Assembly (NCBI GenBank): GCA_016873895.1
Contig: VGVV01000002.1
Coordinates: 314,152 to 378,151 of the forward strand
Length of the DNA: 64,000 nt
Source of the DNA: Ignavibacteria bacterium
GTDB taxonomy: Bacteria; Bacteroidota; Ignavibacteria; Kapaibacteriales; Kapaibacteriaceae
Reading direction: 5' to 3'
Position 1 is the first letter of the stretch, and every line of letters starts with the position of its first letter. Of the stretch, positions 1 to 8,972 are shown in pieces. A model generated the notes under the pieces. The model did no database searches, was not told where the DNA came from, and saw only the letters and a list, made by a program, of their open reading frames with translations. Position numbers and translations under genes: made by a program.

Positions 1-30
1 CACAAATAATGCACAATAGAGGCATTCTGT

Positions 31-450
31 ATGTCTGCACAGATCGTAGACGTTGAATGGAAACATGATCTTACGTTCGACGCTCATCAACAGGGGCGTA
101 CATTCACGATCATGTCCAGTCCTACAGATGATCCAGAGCAACGGGCTGTGTCACCTAAGCAACTCCTTCTTACAGGGCTGGCAGGATGTACAGGACTCGA
201 CCTTGCCTCGCTGCTTCCTAAGATGCGTGTTCCGTTCAGCTCTCTTCGTGTAAGCATAGAGGCAACACTCTCAGAAGAGCATCCGAAAACATACGTGTCC
301 ATGCACATAGTCTACAGCGTGGGCTGCAGTCTTGAGCATTTGGAATCCGTAGAACGTGCCGTGGAGTTGTCGATTACGAAGTATTGTGGCGTATACGCGA
401 TGCTTGAAAAAGCCTCGCAGATCACCCATGAAGTACGGATCGAAGCATAG
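31..450 (+). CDS. OsmC/YhfA family protein
   Basis: 139 aa; SPKQLLLTGLAGC and SITKYCGV two-Cys motifs typical of the OsmC family. Confidence 0.85.
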   Translation: MSAQIVDVEWKHDLTFDAHQQGRTFTIMSSPTDDPEQRAVSPKQLLLTGLAGCTGLDLASLLPKMRVPFSSLRVSIEATLSEEHPKTYVSMHIVYSVGCSLEHLESVERAVELSITKYCGVYAMLEKASQITHEVRIEA

Positions 451-1072
451 TGTCGATGTGGTCGTATGGCGCATAGCCATTCGACAGCATGTGCACGTTG
501 TCTTCGATTTCCAAGAGTAGGGTAGGGAAGCCCCCTATACCCAGCGAGCCAACATACTCAAACTCGTCTGCCACCGCGTCGTGTATCTCAGACGAATTCA
601 TAAGCTCTACGAATTCGTCTGATTCAATACCTACCTCTGAAGCCAGCTTGCGGTAGGTGTCTTCGTTGTTCAGATCCAAACCATCGGCGTAGAGAGCCCG
701 CTGCAGCCTGTGGCTAAATTCAAGTGTTAACTCGGGACGCAGCGCGCGCATGGTTTCAAGGGCTCTGGAAGGGGGCTCGCTATCGAGCACGATGTCCTGA
801 CGCGTAAGCAGCCCATGTAGAAACGAATCGCCAAAGGTAACGCCGGTAGTTTCCTCTACACGTTGGCGTGCCTCACTTATAGAGTCTGCCATTTCCGAGA
901 GTGCACGCGTGTTGTAGCCAGTTATCATGCCACCTGAATAGACTACAACCTCAAGGTGTTCAGACCATTCTTCTGCGATAAGCATAATTGTTGGACCGAA
1001 GCCATAGCACCATCCGCAGAGGGTGTCTTGGAAGTAATGCAGGGTAGGACGTTCTCGAAGTTCGGAGTTCAT
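422..1072 (-). CDS. DsbA family thioredoxin-fold protein (protein-disulfide isomerase-like)
   Basis: [10 protein letters not shown] CxxC motif and C-terminal GIGGFPTL cis-Pro loop. Confidence 0.85.
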   Translation of the reverse strand: MNSELRERPTLHYFQDTLCGWCYGFGPTIMLIAEEWSEHLEVVVYSGGMITGYNTRALSEMADSISEARQRVEETTGVTFGDSFLHGLLTRQDIVLDSEPPSRALETMRALRPELTLEFSHRLQRALYADGLDLNNEDTYRKLASEVGIESDEFVELMNSSEIHDAVADEFEYVGSLGIGGFPTLLLEIEDNVHMLSNGYAPYDHIDTMLRSVLHG

Positions 1073-2304
1073 GCCGTTTGCAGTCTGGTGCGAAGTGCAG
1101 TATCGATCTCATCGAGAAACTCCTGTGTATACAAGTAGTGCTCGCCGTGATGTACCTTATTGCCATGTATGCACACGGCAAGGTCCTTCGTCATTTTGCC
1201 TTGCTCAACGATATCGATGCAGACGCGCTCGAGGGTGTGGCAAAAGTTTACCAACTCTTGGTTGCCATCGAGCTTGCCGCGAAACTCCAAGCCCCGCGTC
1301 CATGCAAAGATCGAGGCAATAGGATTCGTTGATGTAGGCTTACCGTGCTGATGGTCGCGGTAGTGGCGCGTAACGGTTCCGTGCGCAGCCTCAGCTTCTA
1401 TCGTTTTGCCGTCAGGGGTTACAAGAACCGACGTCATAAGCCCGAGCGATCCGAAGCCCTGCGCTACAGTATCGGATTGCACGTCGCCGTCGTAGTTCTT
1501 ACAAGCCCAGACAAAGTTGCCATTCCACTTTAACGCCGAGGCAACCATGTCATCGATAAGACGGTGTTCATAGGTTATGCCAGCAGCTTCGAATTGGGCC
1601 TTAAACTCGTTTACATAGATCTCTTCGAAGATGTCCTTGAAACGTCCGTCGTACTTCTTCAGGATAGTATTCTTCGTGCTCAAATACAATGGCCAGCCTT
1701 TACCGAGGGCCTGATTCATGCAAGCCCGCGCAAACCCCATGATAGACTCATCGGTGTTGTACATTGCCAGGGCAACGCCATCGCTTTTGAAGTTGTATAC
1801 TTCGAAGCTTTGTGGATTTGATCCATCTTCGGGTGTGAACGTTACGGTAAGCTTGCCTTTGCCCTTCGTAACAAAGTCTGTTGCTCTGTACTGGTCACCA
1901 AATGCATGGCGTCCGATGCATATCGGTGCAGTCCAATTGGGCACAAGCCTGGGAACGTTGCTACAAACGATCGGTTCGCGAAATACCGTACCATCGAGAA
2001 TGTTCCGTATAGTACCATTGGGAGACTTCCACATCTGCTTTAGACTAAATTCCTTTAGACGCGCTTCATCAGGCGTGATCGTAGCACACTTGATCCCAAC
2101 ATTGTATTGTTTGATTGCCTCTGCAGCGTCAATCGTTACTTGGTCGTTGGTTGCATCACGATATTCCATACCAAGATCGAAATACTTGATATCAAGCTCG
2201 AGATATGGCAGGATCAACTTGTCCTTGATGAACTTCCAAATAATACGCGTCATTTCATCTCCGTCGAGTTCAACGACGGGATTGGCCACGTGAATCTTAT
2301 TCAT
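1069..2304 (-). CDS. icd: NADP-dependent isocitrate dehydrogenase (eukaryote-like dimeric subfamily)
   Basis: [43 protein letters not shown] and [12 protein letters not shown] motifs. Confidence 0.97.
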   Translation of the reverse strand: MNKIHVANPVVELDGDEMTRIIWKFIKDKLILPYLELDIKYFDLGMEYRDATNDQVTIDAAEAIKQYNVGIKCATITPDEARLKEFSLKQMWKSPNGTIRNILDGTVFREPIVCSNVPRLVPNWTAPICIGRHAFGDQYRATDFVTKGKGKLTVTFTPEDGSNPQSFEVYNFKSDGVALAMYNTDESIMGFARACMNQALGKGWPLYLSTKNTILKKYDGRFKDIFEEIYVNEFKAQFEAAGITYEHRLIDDMVASALKWNGNFVWACKNYDGDVQSDTVAQGFGSLGLMTSVLVTPDGKTIEAEAAHGTVTRHYRDHQHGKPTSTNPIASIFAWTRGLEFRGKLDGNQELVNFCHTLERVCIDIVEQGKMTKDLAVCIHGNKVHHGEHYLYTQEFLDEIDTALRTRLQTA

Positions 2305-2346
2305 GTTTCGATTTCCTAGGTTTTCGAAAATTGGATACTCGATGTC

Positions 2347-2952
2347 TTAAAACGCGAACATAAGGCCTGCGGTGAACATCGAGACCTTATACTTGTTAAT
2401 GGAGTACTCAGTTGGCGGATTGCCGGCAGCGCTCGTCCATGTTTGCGGCTCAAAGACAGACGTTAACGGTAGAACATATCCGAGCAACAGGTCTATTCCA
2501 GAGATTGAGCTCATGCGCTCTACAAGGCGAAACCGCAGTGACCCGATTCCGTTGAATACCGCAGTGTTGTAACCTGCTAGAGACCCAGAGGCATTATCTC
2601 GTGTGCGGCTTCCGTTCTCAAATGTTAGACTGGCAGGTTCTTGCAAAGTTTCCGACTGCACATATCCAGCTGAGGCGATGATATAGCCATTGGCACCAAG
2701 ACCAAGCCAAACATTCTTCACGACAGGGTACTCAAACAACACGTCGATAGGCACGGTATGAAAGGTTACGTCGAGATTGTGCTGAAATACGGCATTAGCC
2801 GAGCCCTGCCCTGGAACAAAGACTCAATTGGTTGAAAATGATTCGAATGAAACAGGAAGCTGCGTATACCCAGTGCGTAACGAAAGCCGCAGGCCGTCGT
2901 CTGTACGTGGCAGGCTAGCTCCAATGAACCCTCCATAGCCGATACCGTTTGA
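2347..2952 (-). pseudogene. Fragment of outer-membrane beta-barrel gene, paralog of 4382-5290; 5' part deleted, internal stop
   Basis: Minus frame reads SNGIGYGGFIGASLP..GYTQLPVSFESFSTN*VFVPG..FQHNLDV..FEYP..ETLQEPASLTFENGSRTR..AGLMFAF, colinear with SKGIGYG..PVAFESFSTE..FRHTLDV..MEYP..ETLEEPSNLVFESGTRTR..AGLGLAF of 4382-5290; in-frame TGA at 2824-2826. Confidence 0.85.
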
Positions 2953-4114
2953 GTTATTGATCCGTCAACAATGTTTGCGCTGGAAACAGAATTGTTAGCT
3001 AGAGTTGGATTCGGATACGTACCTGCCAGTGCGTCGCCCGCTGGACCACTTTGCGCTGTTGGTGCGATTGGAATCTGGTAGGCCGTAAGAACGCGTCCGG
3101 ATGAATCAACAGCGATAACAGCCGAATGTGTTGTTGATCCGTATTGTCCGGGGATAACTCCGGTTGGCACAAGCTTCTGGGTTGTAACGTTGTAGTCAAC
3201 AATCTTCGATGTAGTTACACTGTTATCAGCCAACTCGGTTGTTGTAACTGCTGCACGCGCAATCTTTTCGGTCGTGATTACACCATTCTTAATCGTTGGT
3301 GCTGGATAGAATCCGGTAAGCTCTCCACCTCCTGCGCCACCAAGAGGCACGCCAATGATTGGAACTTGCTCTGCAAACGTAACGCGGCCTTGTTCGTCAA
3401 CACGAAGTACCGTGCTCGAATTCGAAGAACCGAAAGGTCCGAGCGGGCCGTTGTGCATTTCCTGCAATTGAGCTGCCCCAACTGTATTGTCGTCAATCTT
3501 GAGGTTTAACGCATTGAGAGGTCCGCTTACGGTAATGTCTGATCCAGCTCGTGATGCAGTCCCTTGAATGCGAGCAGCATTGATCGCAGTGGTGCCGGTG
3601 TTGTTGATTACACCGATCAGCACATCGCCCATGTTGTTTGATGGGTTGTTGATGGACTTGCGGATGGAATCAGCAACCTCGCGAGTAACGGACGAGGCGA
3701 TCTCAGCAGACTTTGCGTTTAATGCATTCAAAGCATATGGCACGGCTGTTAAAAACACACGCGGAGCAATTTCGGCCCGACTGTTGATGGACGTTCCCAT
3801 CCACAGATGCTGATCAAATGAGATGTTTAGTGGAGTTTTCTCTCCGAGTATCACACCAAAGACGCCGCCACTGGTTGTAACGGTATGGCGCTCGGTCCAA
3901 ATGCCCGATCCAGCCGTAGCGTTCGTGTACAGAGTGAGATCACCTGTCCATACACAGTCACATACGGGAATGCCAGTTGTATCAATCAGCACACCTTGGT
4001 ACGTAATTATTTTTTCGGAATACCTTGTTGTGCGGAAACGCCGCTCGTTGCAAGGACTAACAAAAGACTCATACACACCGCTGACAGGCAGCAACTGAGA
4101 GACAAAACAGACAT
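2953..4114 (-). pseudogene. Truncated, frameshifted paralog of the tail-fibre-like protein 6212-7981
   Basis: ATG at 4114 gives signal peptide MSVLSL..SAQQGIPKK* ending at an A6 run (4010-4015); the body (IITYQG..FLTAVPYALNA..GTYPNPT) continues in another frame and is cut at about 2953. Confidence 0.85.
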
Positions 4115-4245
4115 ACCTAACCCCTGAGAGAAATGACCTTGTAATCCCGCTTGGATGAGCACTATCTACTAAATGTTGCTATGAGTGCGGTTCGCGGGAA
4201 CGCCGCAAAACTATACTGCACGGGGCTAGACTTTGCACTGCATGG

Positions 4246-4254
4246 TGTGGATAA
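4246..4254 (-). promoter_or_regulatory. Single perfect DnaA box
   Basis: TGTGGATAA is the reverse complement of TTATCCACA; lies in the intergenic region upstream of the decayed operon copy; a single 9-mer could be chance. Confidence 0.35.
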
Positions 4255-4322
4255 CACAGCGTAGTCATACACCAAGTATACTATGGCTGTGATGATTGTG
4301 CAGTGATGAACAGTATCTGTCC

Positions 4323-4356
4323 AAACGAAAAGGGCACCCAATTATGGATGCCCTTG
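4323..4356 (-). terminator. Intrinsic terminator after the beta-barrel gene
   Basis: Minus strand AAGGGCATCCA-TAAT-TGGGTGCCCTT followed by TTCGTTT. Confidence 0.65.
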
Positions 4357-4381
4357 TTGGAGTAGCGATGTGTCTTGTGAA

Positions 4382-5290
4382 CTAGAACGCGAGACCTAAT
4401 CCAGCGGATATCATTGCTACGGTGTATGAGTCTATATAAAATTGCGCTGGCGGATTACCATACATGCCACTCCACTTGTGTGGGTTGAACAACGGCTGCA
4501 GCGGCAATGAGTAGCGACCAAAGATGTCAACGCCGATCGTACCGATCTGCTTTTCAACCAAGCGTATACGCGCAGAGCCTGTAGCGCTAAAAACAAAATC
4601 GTTGTTGCCACGCACGTAGCCATTTCGATCGAGACGCGTACGAGTGCCACTTTCAAACACAAGATTGGATGGCTCTTCCAACGTTTCAGTTTGATGATAT
4701 CTGCCAGTAGCGAAGAAGTTTCCATCTAGGCCGAGGCCAAGAAAGAAGCCACCAAACAAGGGGTACTCCATGCGAGCCCCAAAGGTGACTACTGACCATG
4801 ATACATCGAGTGTATGACGGAACAGCGCGGTTCCCGAGACAACGCCTCCAGTGAACGCCTTCTCGGTTGAGAAGGATTCGAATGCAACAGGCATGTGCTG
4901 ATAGCCAACGTGTGGAGTTACCACAAATCCGTCGGCCGATACTGGAGTGGTCATGGCAAGTTCGAATCCGTACCCTATGCCCTTGCTGCTAGTAAAGCCA
5001 GTGCAACAGTTCTCAACAGGTGGCAGTGAATTGAATGAGCCATTGTGAGCGGCCTGTGTTCCAAAAACACTAAGGCTTATCTCGTCGTGGCTATGCTTCT
5101 TGCCATGATTGTGCACATGCTCATGATCATCTGCGAGCTCATGTACATGCGCATGATCATGAGGCTGGGAATTCTGCGTGGCATGCTCGTGCTGATGGTT
5201 GTCGTGATCGACAGGGACCGTCTGGGCCTGCATGCTCACCGAGAGTGCAGCATAAGCACAGACAACAACAGTTGATAGGAGTTTTATCAT
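4382..5290 (-). CDS. Outer-membrane beta-barrel protein with His-rich N-terminal extension
   Basis: Signal peptide, His-rich segment, amphipathic beta strands, C-terminal Phe (AGLGLAF). Confidence 0.75.
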   Translation of the reverse strand: MIKLLSTVVVCAYAALSVSMQAQTVPVDHDNHQHEHATQNSQPHDHAHVHELADDHEHVHNHGKKHSHDEISLSVFGTQAAHNGSFNSLPPVENCCTGFTSSKGIGYGFELAMTTPVSADGFVVTPHVGYQHMPVAFESFSTEKAFTGGVVSGTALFRHTLDVSWSVVTFGARMEYPLFGGFFLGLGLDGNFFATGRYHQTETLEEPSNLVFESGTRTRLDRNGYVRGNNDFVFSATGSARIRLVEKQIGTIGVDIFGRYSLPLQPLFNPHKWSGMYGNPPAQFYIDSYTVAMISAGLGLAF

Positions 5291-6192
5291 GGTAGTTTCA
5301 CCATAATAGTCCGTACAACATCGTTATCTGTATAGATAGCAACGGTATATGATCCAGCAGGTATTACCTGCAGCTCAACCGAGGTAAGAGGCCATGTAGA
5401 GCCCGCCTCAACACGTTCGGCTGTATAGATAACGTTGCCGTGGACATCTGTAATAACGAGCGTGCCTGTCTGCTGCCGCTCAGAGTATGTCCGCATTGTG
5501 AATGATGACCCTGTAACAGGGTTAGGTGCAATCATTACTGCCATCTTGGATGGATCTTTGAGAAGGCGCGTTGATCCGTACGTGTTGCAGAGCCCGCGAA
5601 GTGTTACAGCCCCTGCTGTGGATTGGATAAACTGACGTTGTGCATCCTTCCAGCGGAAGGACTCAACGCGCACGTCTGTTGTAGAGTCATTGCCCAAACG
5701 CCCCATCAATAGCAGGCGAGCAATCACCCCTCCATTTGTTGTGGCTGTTCCTGAAACAGTAATAGTGTACCGATCTCCATCATCAACAAGCGAATCATAG
5801 CGAAGGGGCTCTAAAACTGTCCGATTGAAACTCACCTTGAGTTCCCAATCGCGAGACGTTGTGCTTGTTTGGAACAGTGCACATGATGCCGCGTATGTAA
5901 CATCGAGAGCGAATGTGTCGCCGATTTGCTTAACAACACTATCGATGCCAAGTAGCGTAGACTCGTAGTACTTCTGTACAGCATTGCCGTGACTGATGAT
6001 GCCAGAGCGTACGATTGGATCTAGTCCATTTTCGCCAACCATTGGCAAACCAACAGCCCCCTGCACACCGTAATCTCCTAGCATCGTGGAGCTCGTTGTT
6101 CCGCTCGTGATTGCACCACTGACTACGATCTGACTTTGCAGCACAGATGTGACTGTGCAAAGCAGACTGGCTATGATAAATAGATGTTTCAT
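5287..6192 (-). CDS. Secreted protein with T9SS type A-like C-terminal sorting domain
   Basis: Signal peptide; C-terminal IAPNP..LVITDVHGN..IPAGSYTV..VK pattern; central beta-sandwich (cohesin-like) region. Confidence 0.75.
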   Translation of the reverse strand: MKHLFIIASLLCTVTSVLQSQIVVSGAITSGTTSSTMLGDYGVQGAVGLPMVGENGLDPIVRSGIISHGNAVQKYYESTLLGIDSVVKQIGDTFALDVTYAASCALFQTSTTSRDWELKVSFNRTVLEPLRYDSLVDDGDRYTITVSGTATTNGGVIARLLLMGRLGNDSTTDVRVESFRWKDAQRQFIQSTAGAVTLRGLCNTYGSTRLLKDPSKMAVMIAPNPVTGSSFTMRTYSERQQTGTLVITDVHGNVIYTAERVEAGSTWPLTSVELQVIPAGSYTVAIYTDNDVVRTIMVKLP

Positions 6193-6211
6193 AGGTAGTG
6201 GTTCCAGAAGA

Positions 6212-7981
6212 TTAAGTGGTTGCCATCAAGACCCATTTACCCAATGTTCCAGAGTAAATGAATGTGATCGATTGGTTGTTACCAATTGTCTTGTTCGCAA
6301 CCCCTAGGATCAATTGATTGTCAGCGGCAGAGCGAGCATCTTCATTTTGGAACGTTATGTCCTTAGTCGACTGATTGATGATAATGATCACACGACCGTT
6401 TGCACCGTTTTGGAAACCCGTCACGTCTGCAGCCTGATTAGCATTTATCATGCGGAAAAAGGCATGCCCAGAGATGTTGATGTTATTGACAACGGTAGTA
6501 GTGCCTTTTAACTGATTGATGTCGATGGCAGTACCTTCACCCAAAATCAATTGCTTGATATTTTCGGTAGGGTTTGCAGGAATCCACTTGTTCGAGTCAG
6601 CATCAAAAATCAACGCGTCCCCATCATTGGGATTTAACACCGGATCTACTGCTTTTCCACCAATCGAGGCTGCTGTCGCGGTAACAGCAGCAGGCTTCCA
6701 TGTATTTGCTGTTGCATCCCACGTAAGAACTTGGTTGTTCGCTGGGGCTGCAGCAGCTACTGCTCTACCTTGAAGACCGTCAACCGTCGGATTAGGATAT
6801 GACCCGTCTAAGTCACCGCCGGCAGCACCGGTAGGTGCTGCGCCTGTAATTGTCACATTCTGTGCTAATGCAATGCGGCCGTTAGCGTCAACAGTAAACT
6901 GACCGACTTGCGTGCCAGAACCGTAAACACCAGCTGTGACACCGGTCGTGCTCATTTTCGCACCAGTAACTGCACCATCAGCGAGCTTTGCTGAAATGAT
7001 TGACCCCGCCGCAAGTTTTGCAGCAGTGACGGAGCTGTCAGCAAGTTTTGGTGTGGTTACTGAGTTGGCAGCCAACTTAGCAGCAGTTACAGAGCTGTCA
7101 GCAAGTTTAACTGTGGTAACAGAGTTGGCAGCGAGCTTTGCTGCCGTAACTGAACTGTCGGCAATCTTAGACGTGGTTACAGAGTTAGCCGCAAGTTTGA
7201 TCCCAGTAATAGTGCTATCGGCAATCTTCGCAGCTGTTACTGCATTATTGGCAATTGTTGGGTTTGGATATGTTCCAGCAAGGTCTCCACCGGCTGCACC
7301 ACTTGGGCTAACCCCAGAAATTGGCACTTGCGTGGCCGTAACAACGCGTCCCTGTGGATCAATAGTAATGACGGCCGATTCTGTTGCAGAGCCTATGGGG
7401 CCTATTGTTCTGGGGTGAATCTCTTCTAACTCTATTGCGCCAATTGTGTTAGGCCTAATTGTAAGGTTCATGCTATCAAGGCTGCCCGACACGTCGATGT
7501 CCGAGCCAGCAACTGCGGCAAGGCGGCCACGAATCTTGAAGACTACCGAATCAGCCACGTCATTTGCCATTCCCGACATATTCGACCACTCTGCATTGAG
7601 TGCGTACGGAACAGCAGTCAGGAATGTGCGTGGTGCCAGCTCGGTTCTGCCATTTACTGATAAACTGAGCCAGAGATGCTGATTAAAGTTGACGTTAAGG
7701 GGCGAGTTGTTGCCGAGCACTACGCTAAACATGCCAGATTTTGTCTGGATCGTGTGGCGCTCAAACCAAACAGGTGCTCCGCCGGCTGCCAGGTTGTACA
7801 TTGCAAAGTCCACAATGTATGTGCTGTCACACGCTGCAATGCCTGTCGCGTCGTAGATAATGCCTTGGTAAGAAATCTGCCTCGGAATGCCAGGCTGGGC
7901 GTTCGTTGCCACACCCAAAACAAGTAATGCAACGACGAGTACGCCAAGTTGTTTGCACATGCTGTAGAACTGTGAACTCAT
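6212..7981 (-). CDS. Secreted tail-fibre-like/adhesin-like repeat protein
   Basis: Signal peptide; N-terminal IPRQISYQG..AVPYAL domain; AGGDLxGxYPNPT motif twice; about nine 10-aa (I/L)AxxxVTxxK repeats; beta-rich C-terminal head. Confidence 0.7.
   Translation of the reverse strand: MSSQFYSMCKQLGVLVVALLVLGVATNAQPGIPRQISYQGIIYDATGIAACDSTYIVDFAMYNLAAGGAPVWFERHTIQTKSGMFSVVLGNNSPLNVNFNQHLWLSLSVNGRTELAPRTFLTAVPYALNAEWSNMSGMANDVADSVVFKIRGRLAAVAGSDIDVSGSLDSMNLTIRPNTIGAIELEEIHPRTIGPIGSATESAVITIDPQGRVVTATQVPISGVSPSGAAGGDLAGTYPNPTIANNAVTAAKIADSTITGIKLAANSVTTSKIADSSVTAAKLAANSVTTVKLADSSVTAAKLAANSVTTPKLADSSVTAAKLAAGSIISAKLADGAVTGAKMSTTGVTAGVYGSGTQVGQFTVDANGRIALAQNVTITGAAPTGAAGGDLDGSYPNPTVDGLQGRAVAAAAPANNQVLTWDATANTWKPAAVTATAASIGGKAVDPVLNPNDGDALIFDADSNKWIPANPTENIKQLILGEGTAIDINQLKGTTTVVNNINISGHAFFRMINANQAADVTGFQNGANGRVIIIINQSTKDITFQNEDARSAADNQLILGVANKTIGNNQSITFIYSGTLGKWVLMATT
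6952..7255 (-). repeat. Intragenic 30-bp (10-aa) tandem repeats
   Basis: IANNAVTAAK IADSTITGIK LAANSVTTSK IADSSVTAAK LAANSVTTVK LADSSVTAAK LAANSVTTPK LADSSVTAAK LAAGSIISAK LADGAVTGAK; boundaries approximate. Confidence 0.85.
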
Positions 7982-8029
7982 GCCTATAACTCCATGATGA
8001 GTAAAGTTTGTAATCGCATTTAAGACAAG

Positions 8030-8284
8030 TGGGGATAAAATACGGTTTTATCGTCCGTATGCAATTATCCACATGAAGCCTTGGTTATTCCACATTTATT
8101 CACAACTGTGGAAATCTATACTGTGAAACTGTTGCGAGGTTCGTCAGGAAATGCTAAGTAGTTGTAAAATATTATTGTTGAGAGTTTCTACAGCGCGGGA
8201 GCACTGCTGTGCACATGCGAATCACCATAGCAATAAAAAAAGCGCCCCTAGGCGCTTTTGTATCCAACTCTTACTTGTGGGTAA
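8030..8284. promoter_or_regulatory. DnaA-box cluster, candidate oriC or DnaA titration site
   Basis: TTATCCACA 8065-8073 and TTATTCACA 8096-8104; one-mismatch boxes at 8030-8038, 8086-8094, 8107-8115 and 8276-8284; AT-rich patch about 8160-8180. Confidence 0.6.
8235..8259 (-). terminator. Intrinsic terminator downstream of tRNA-Arg (bidirectional-looking)
   Basis: AAAAAAAGCGCC-CCTA-GGCGCTTTT hairpin with A and T tails. Confidence 0.75.
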
Positions 8285-8293
8285 CAATATCAG

Positions 8294-8367
8294 CGGCCTC
8301 GAGAGGATTCGAACCTCCGACCCACGCTTTAGGAAAGCGTCGCTCTATCCGGCTGAGCTACGAGGCC
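8294..8367 (-). tRNA. tRNA-Arg(CCT)
   Basis: GGCCTCG acceptor stem, D arm TAGCTCAGCCGGATAGAGC, anticodon loop TTCCTAA, GGTTCGAATCC T arm; CCA not encoded. Confidence 0.95.
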
Positions 8368-8374
8368 TTAAGAT

Positions 8375-8505
8375 GATTACAGATTACCAGTTACTAATGA
8401 CTAATGACTAATTACGAATTACCAATGACCAATTACCAATGACCAATTACTGACTGGGTGTCGCTCAATTTACCAATGGTAACTCGTCATTCGTCATTAG
8501 TCATT
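8375..8505. repeat. Heptamer tandem array (AAT(T/G)AC(C/T/G)) with an inverted arm
   Basis: About 11 units at 8375-8451 and 4 reverse-complement units (GGTAACT CGTCATT CGTCATT AGTCATT) at 8478-8505. Confidence 0.85.
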
Positions 8506-8516
8506 CGTACCTGACT

Positions 8517-8972
8517 TCAATGTACTGAATCACTGCCGAGGAGTAATCTTCGGTTGCTGGAGTTAGCATAAACCGAGCCATCGAGCATGTATGCAGCTAT
8601 GATGGCTTTGATCTCAGGGATGCCTACGAGGCGTTCTGATCCCATCATAACGGCACGCTCAAGGATCTGTTCAACGTCGTCTGGGGCTAGGAAACCTAAG
8701 TCGGCATAGGTCATGAGCATGCCCCATGCTTCGGTTGTAAGGACGTTTTGTTCAATTCCATGGAGTATCCTGAAGCCATCCGAGCCCGATTCAGTGAGCT
8801 GAACACCTTGCTCCATGATCCACGAGAGGGCTGCTGCAATTTCGGCTTCCGAATAGCCCCTTTGCTGGAGCTGGTCTGTATCCAGGGCCGCTAATGGCGT
8901 TCCAGATTTACGTTCACTGATCATGTCAGTGATGATGTCCATCACACGTTCAACAGAGTAGGTGTTGTTCAT
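8517..8972 (-). CDS. DUF494/Smg family protein
   Basis: LQQRGYSEAEIAAALSW and FRILHGIEQNVLTTEAWGML Smg-like motifs. Confidence 0.8.
   Translation of the reverse strand: MNNTYSVERVMDIITDMISERKSGTPLAALDTDQLQQRGYSEAEIAAALSWIMEQGVQLTESGSDGFRILHGIEQNVLTTEAWGMLMTYADLGFLAPDDVEQILERAVMMGSERLVGIPEIKAIIAAYMLDGSVYANSSNRRLLLGSDSVH

Noticed and set aside
2824-2826. TGA as selenocysteine or recoded stop
   Set aside because: The aligned paralog residue is not Cys, all other genes use the standard code, and the gene has other inactivating lesions.
2766-4094. 442-aa ORF as an intact gene
   Set aside because: Its N-terminus is out of frame with the real signal peptide and its last 60 or so residues are an off-frame read of the barrel pseudogene.
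6212-7981. Prophage or tailocin
   Set aside because: The fibre-like gene has a Sec signal, and no capsid, sheath, baseplate, terminase or integrase genes are present.
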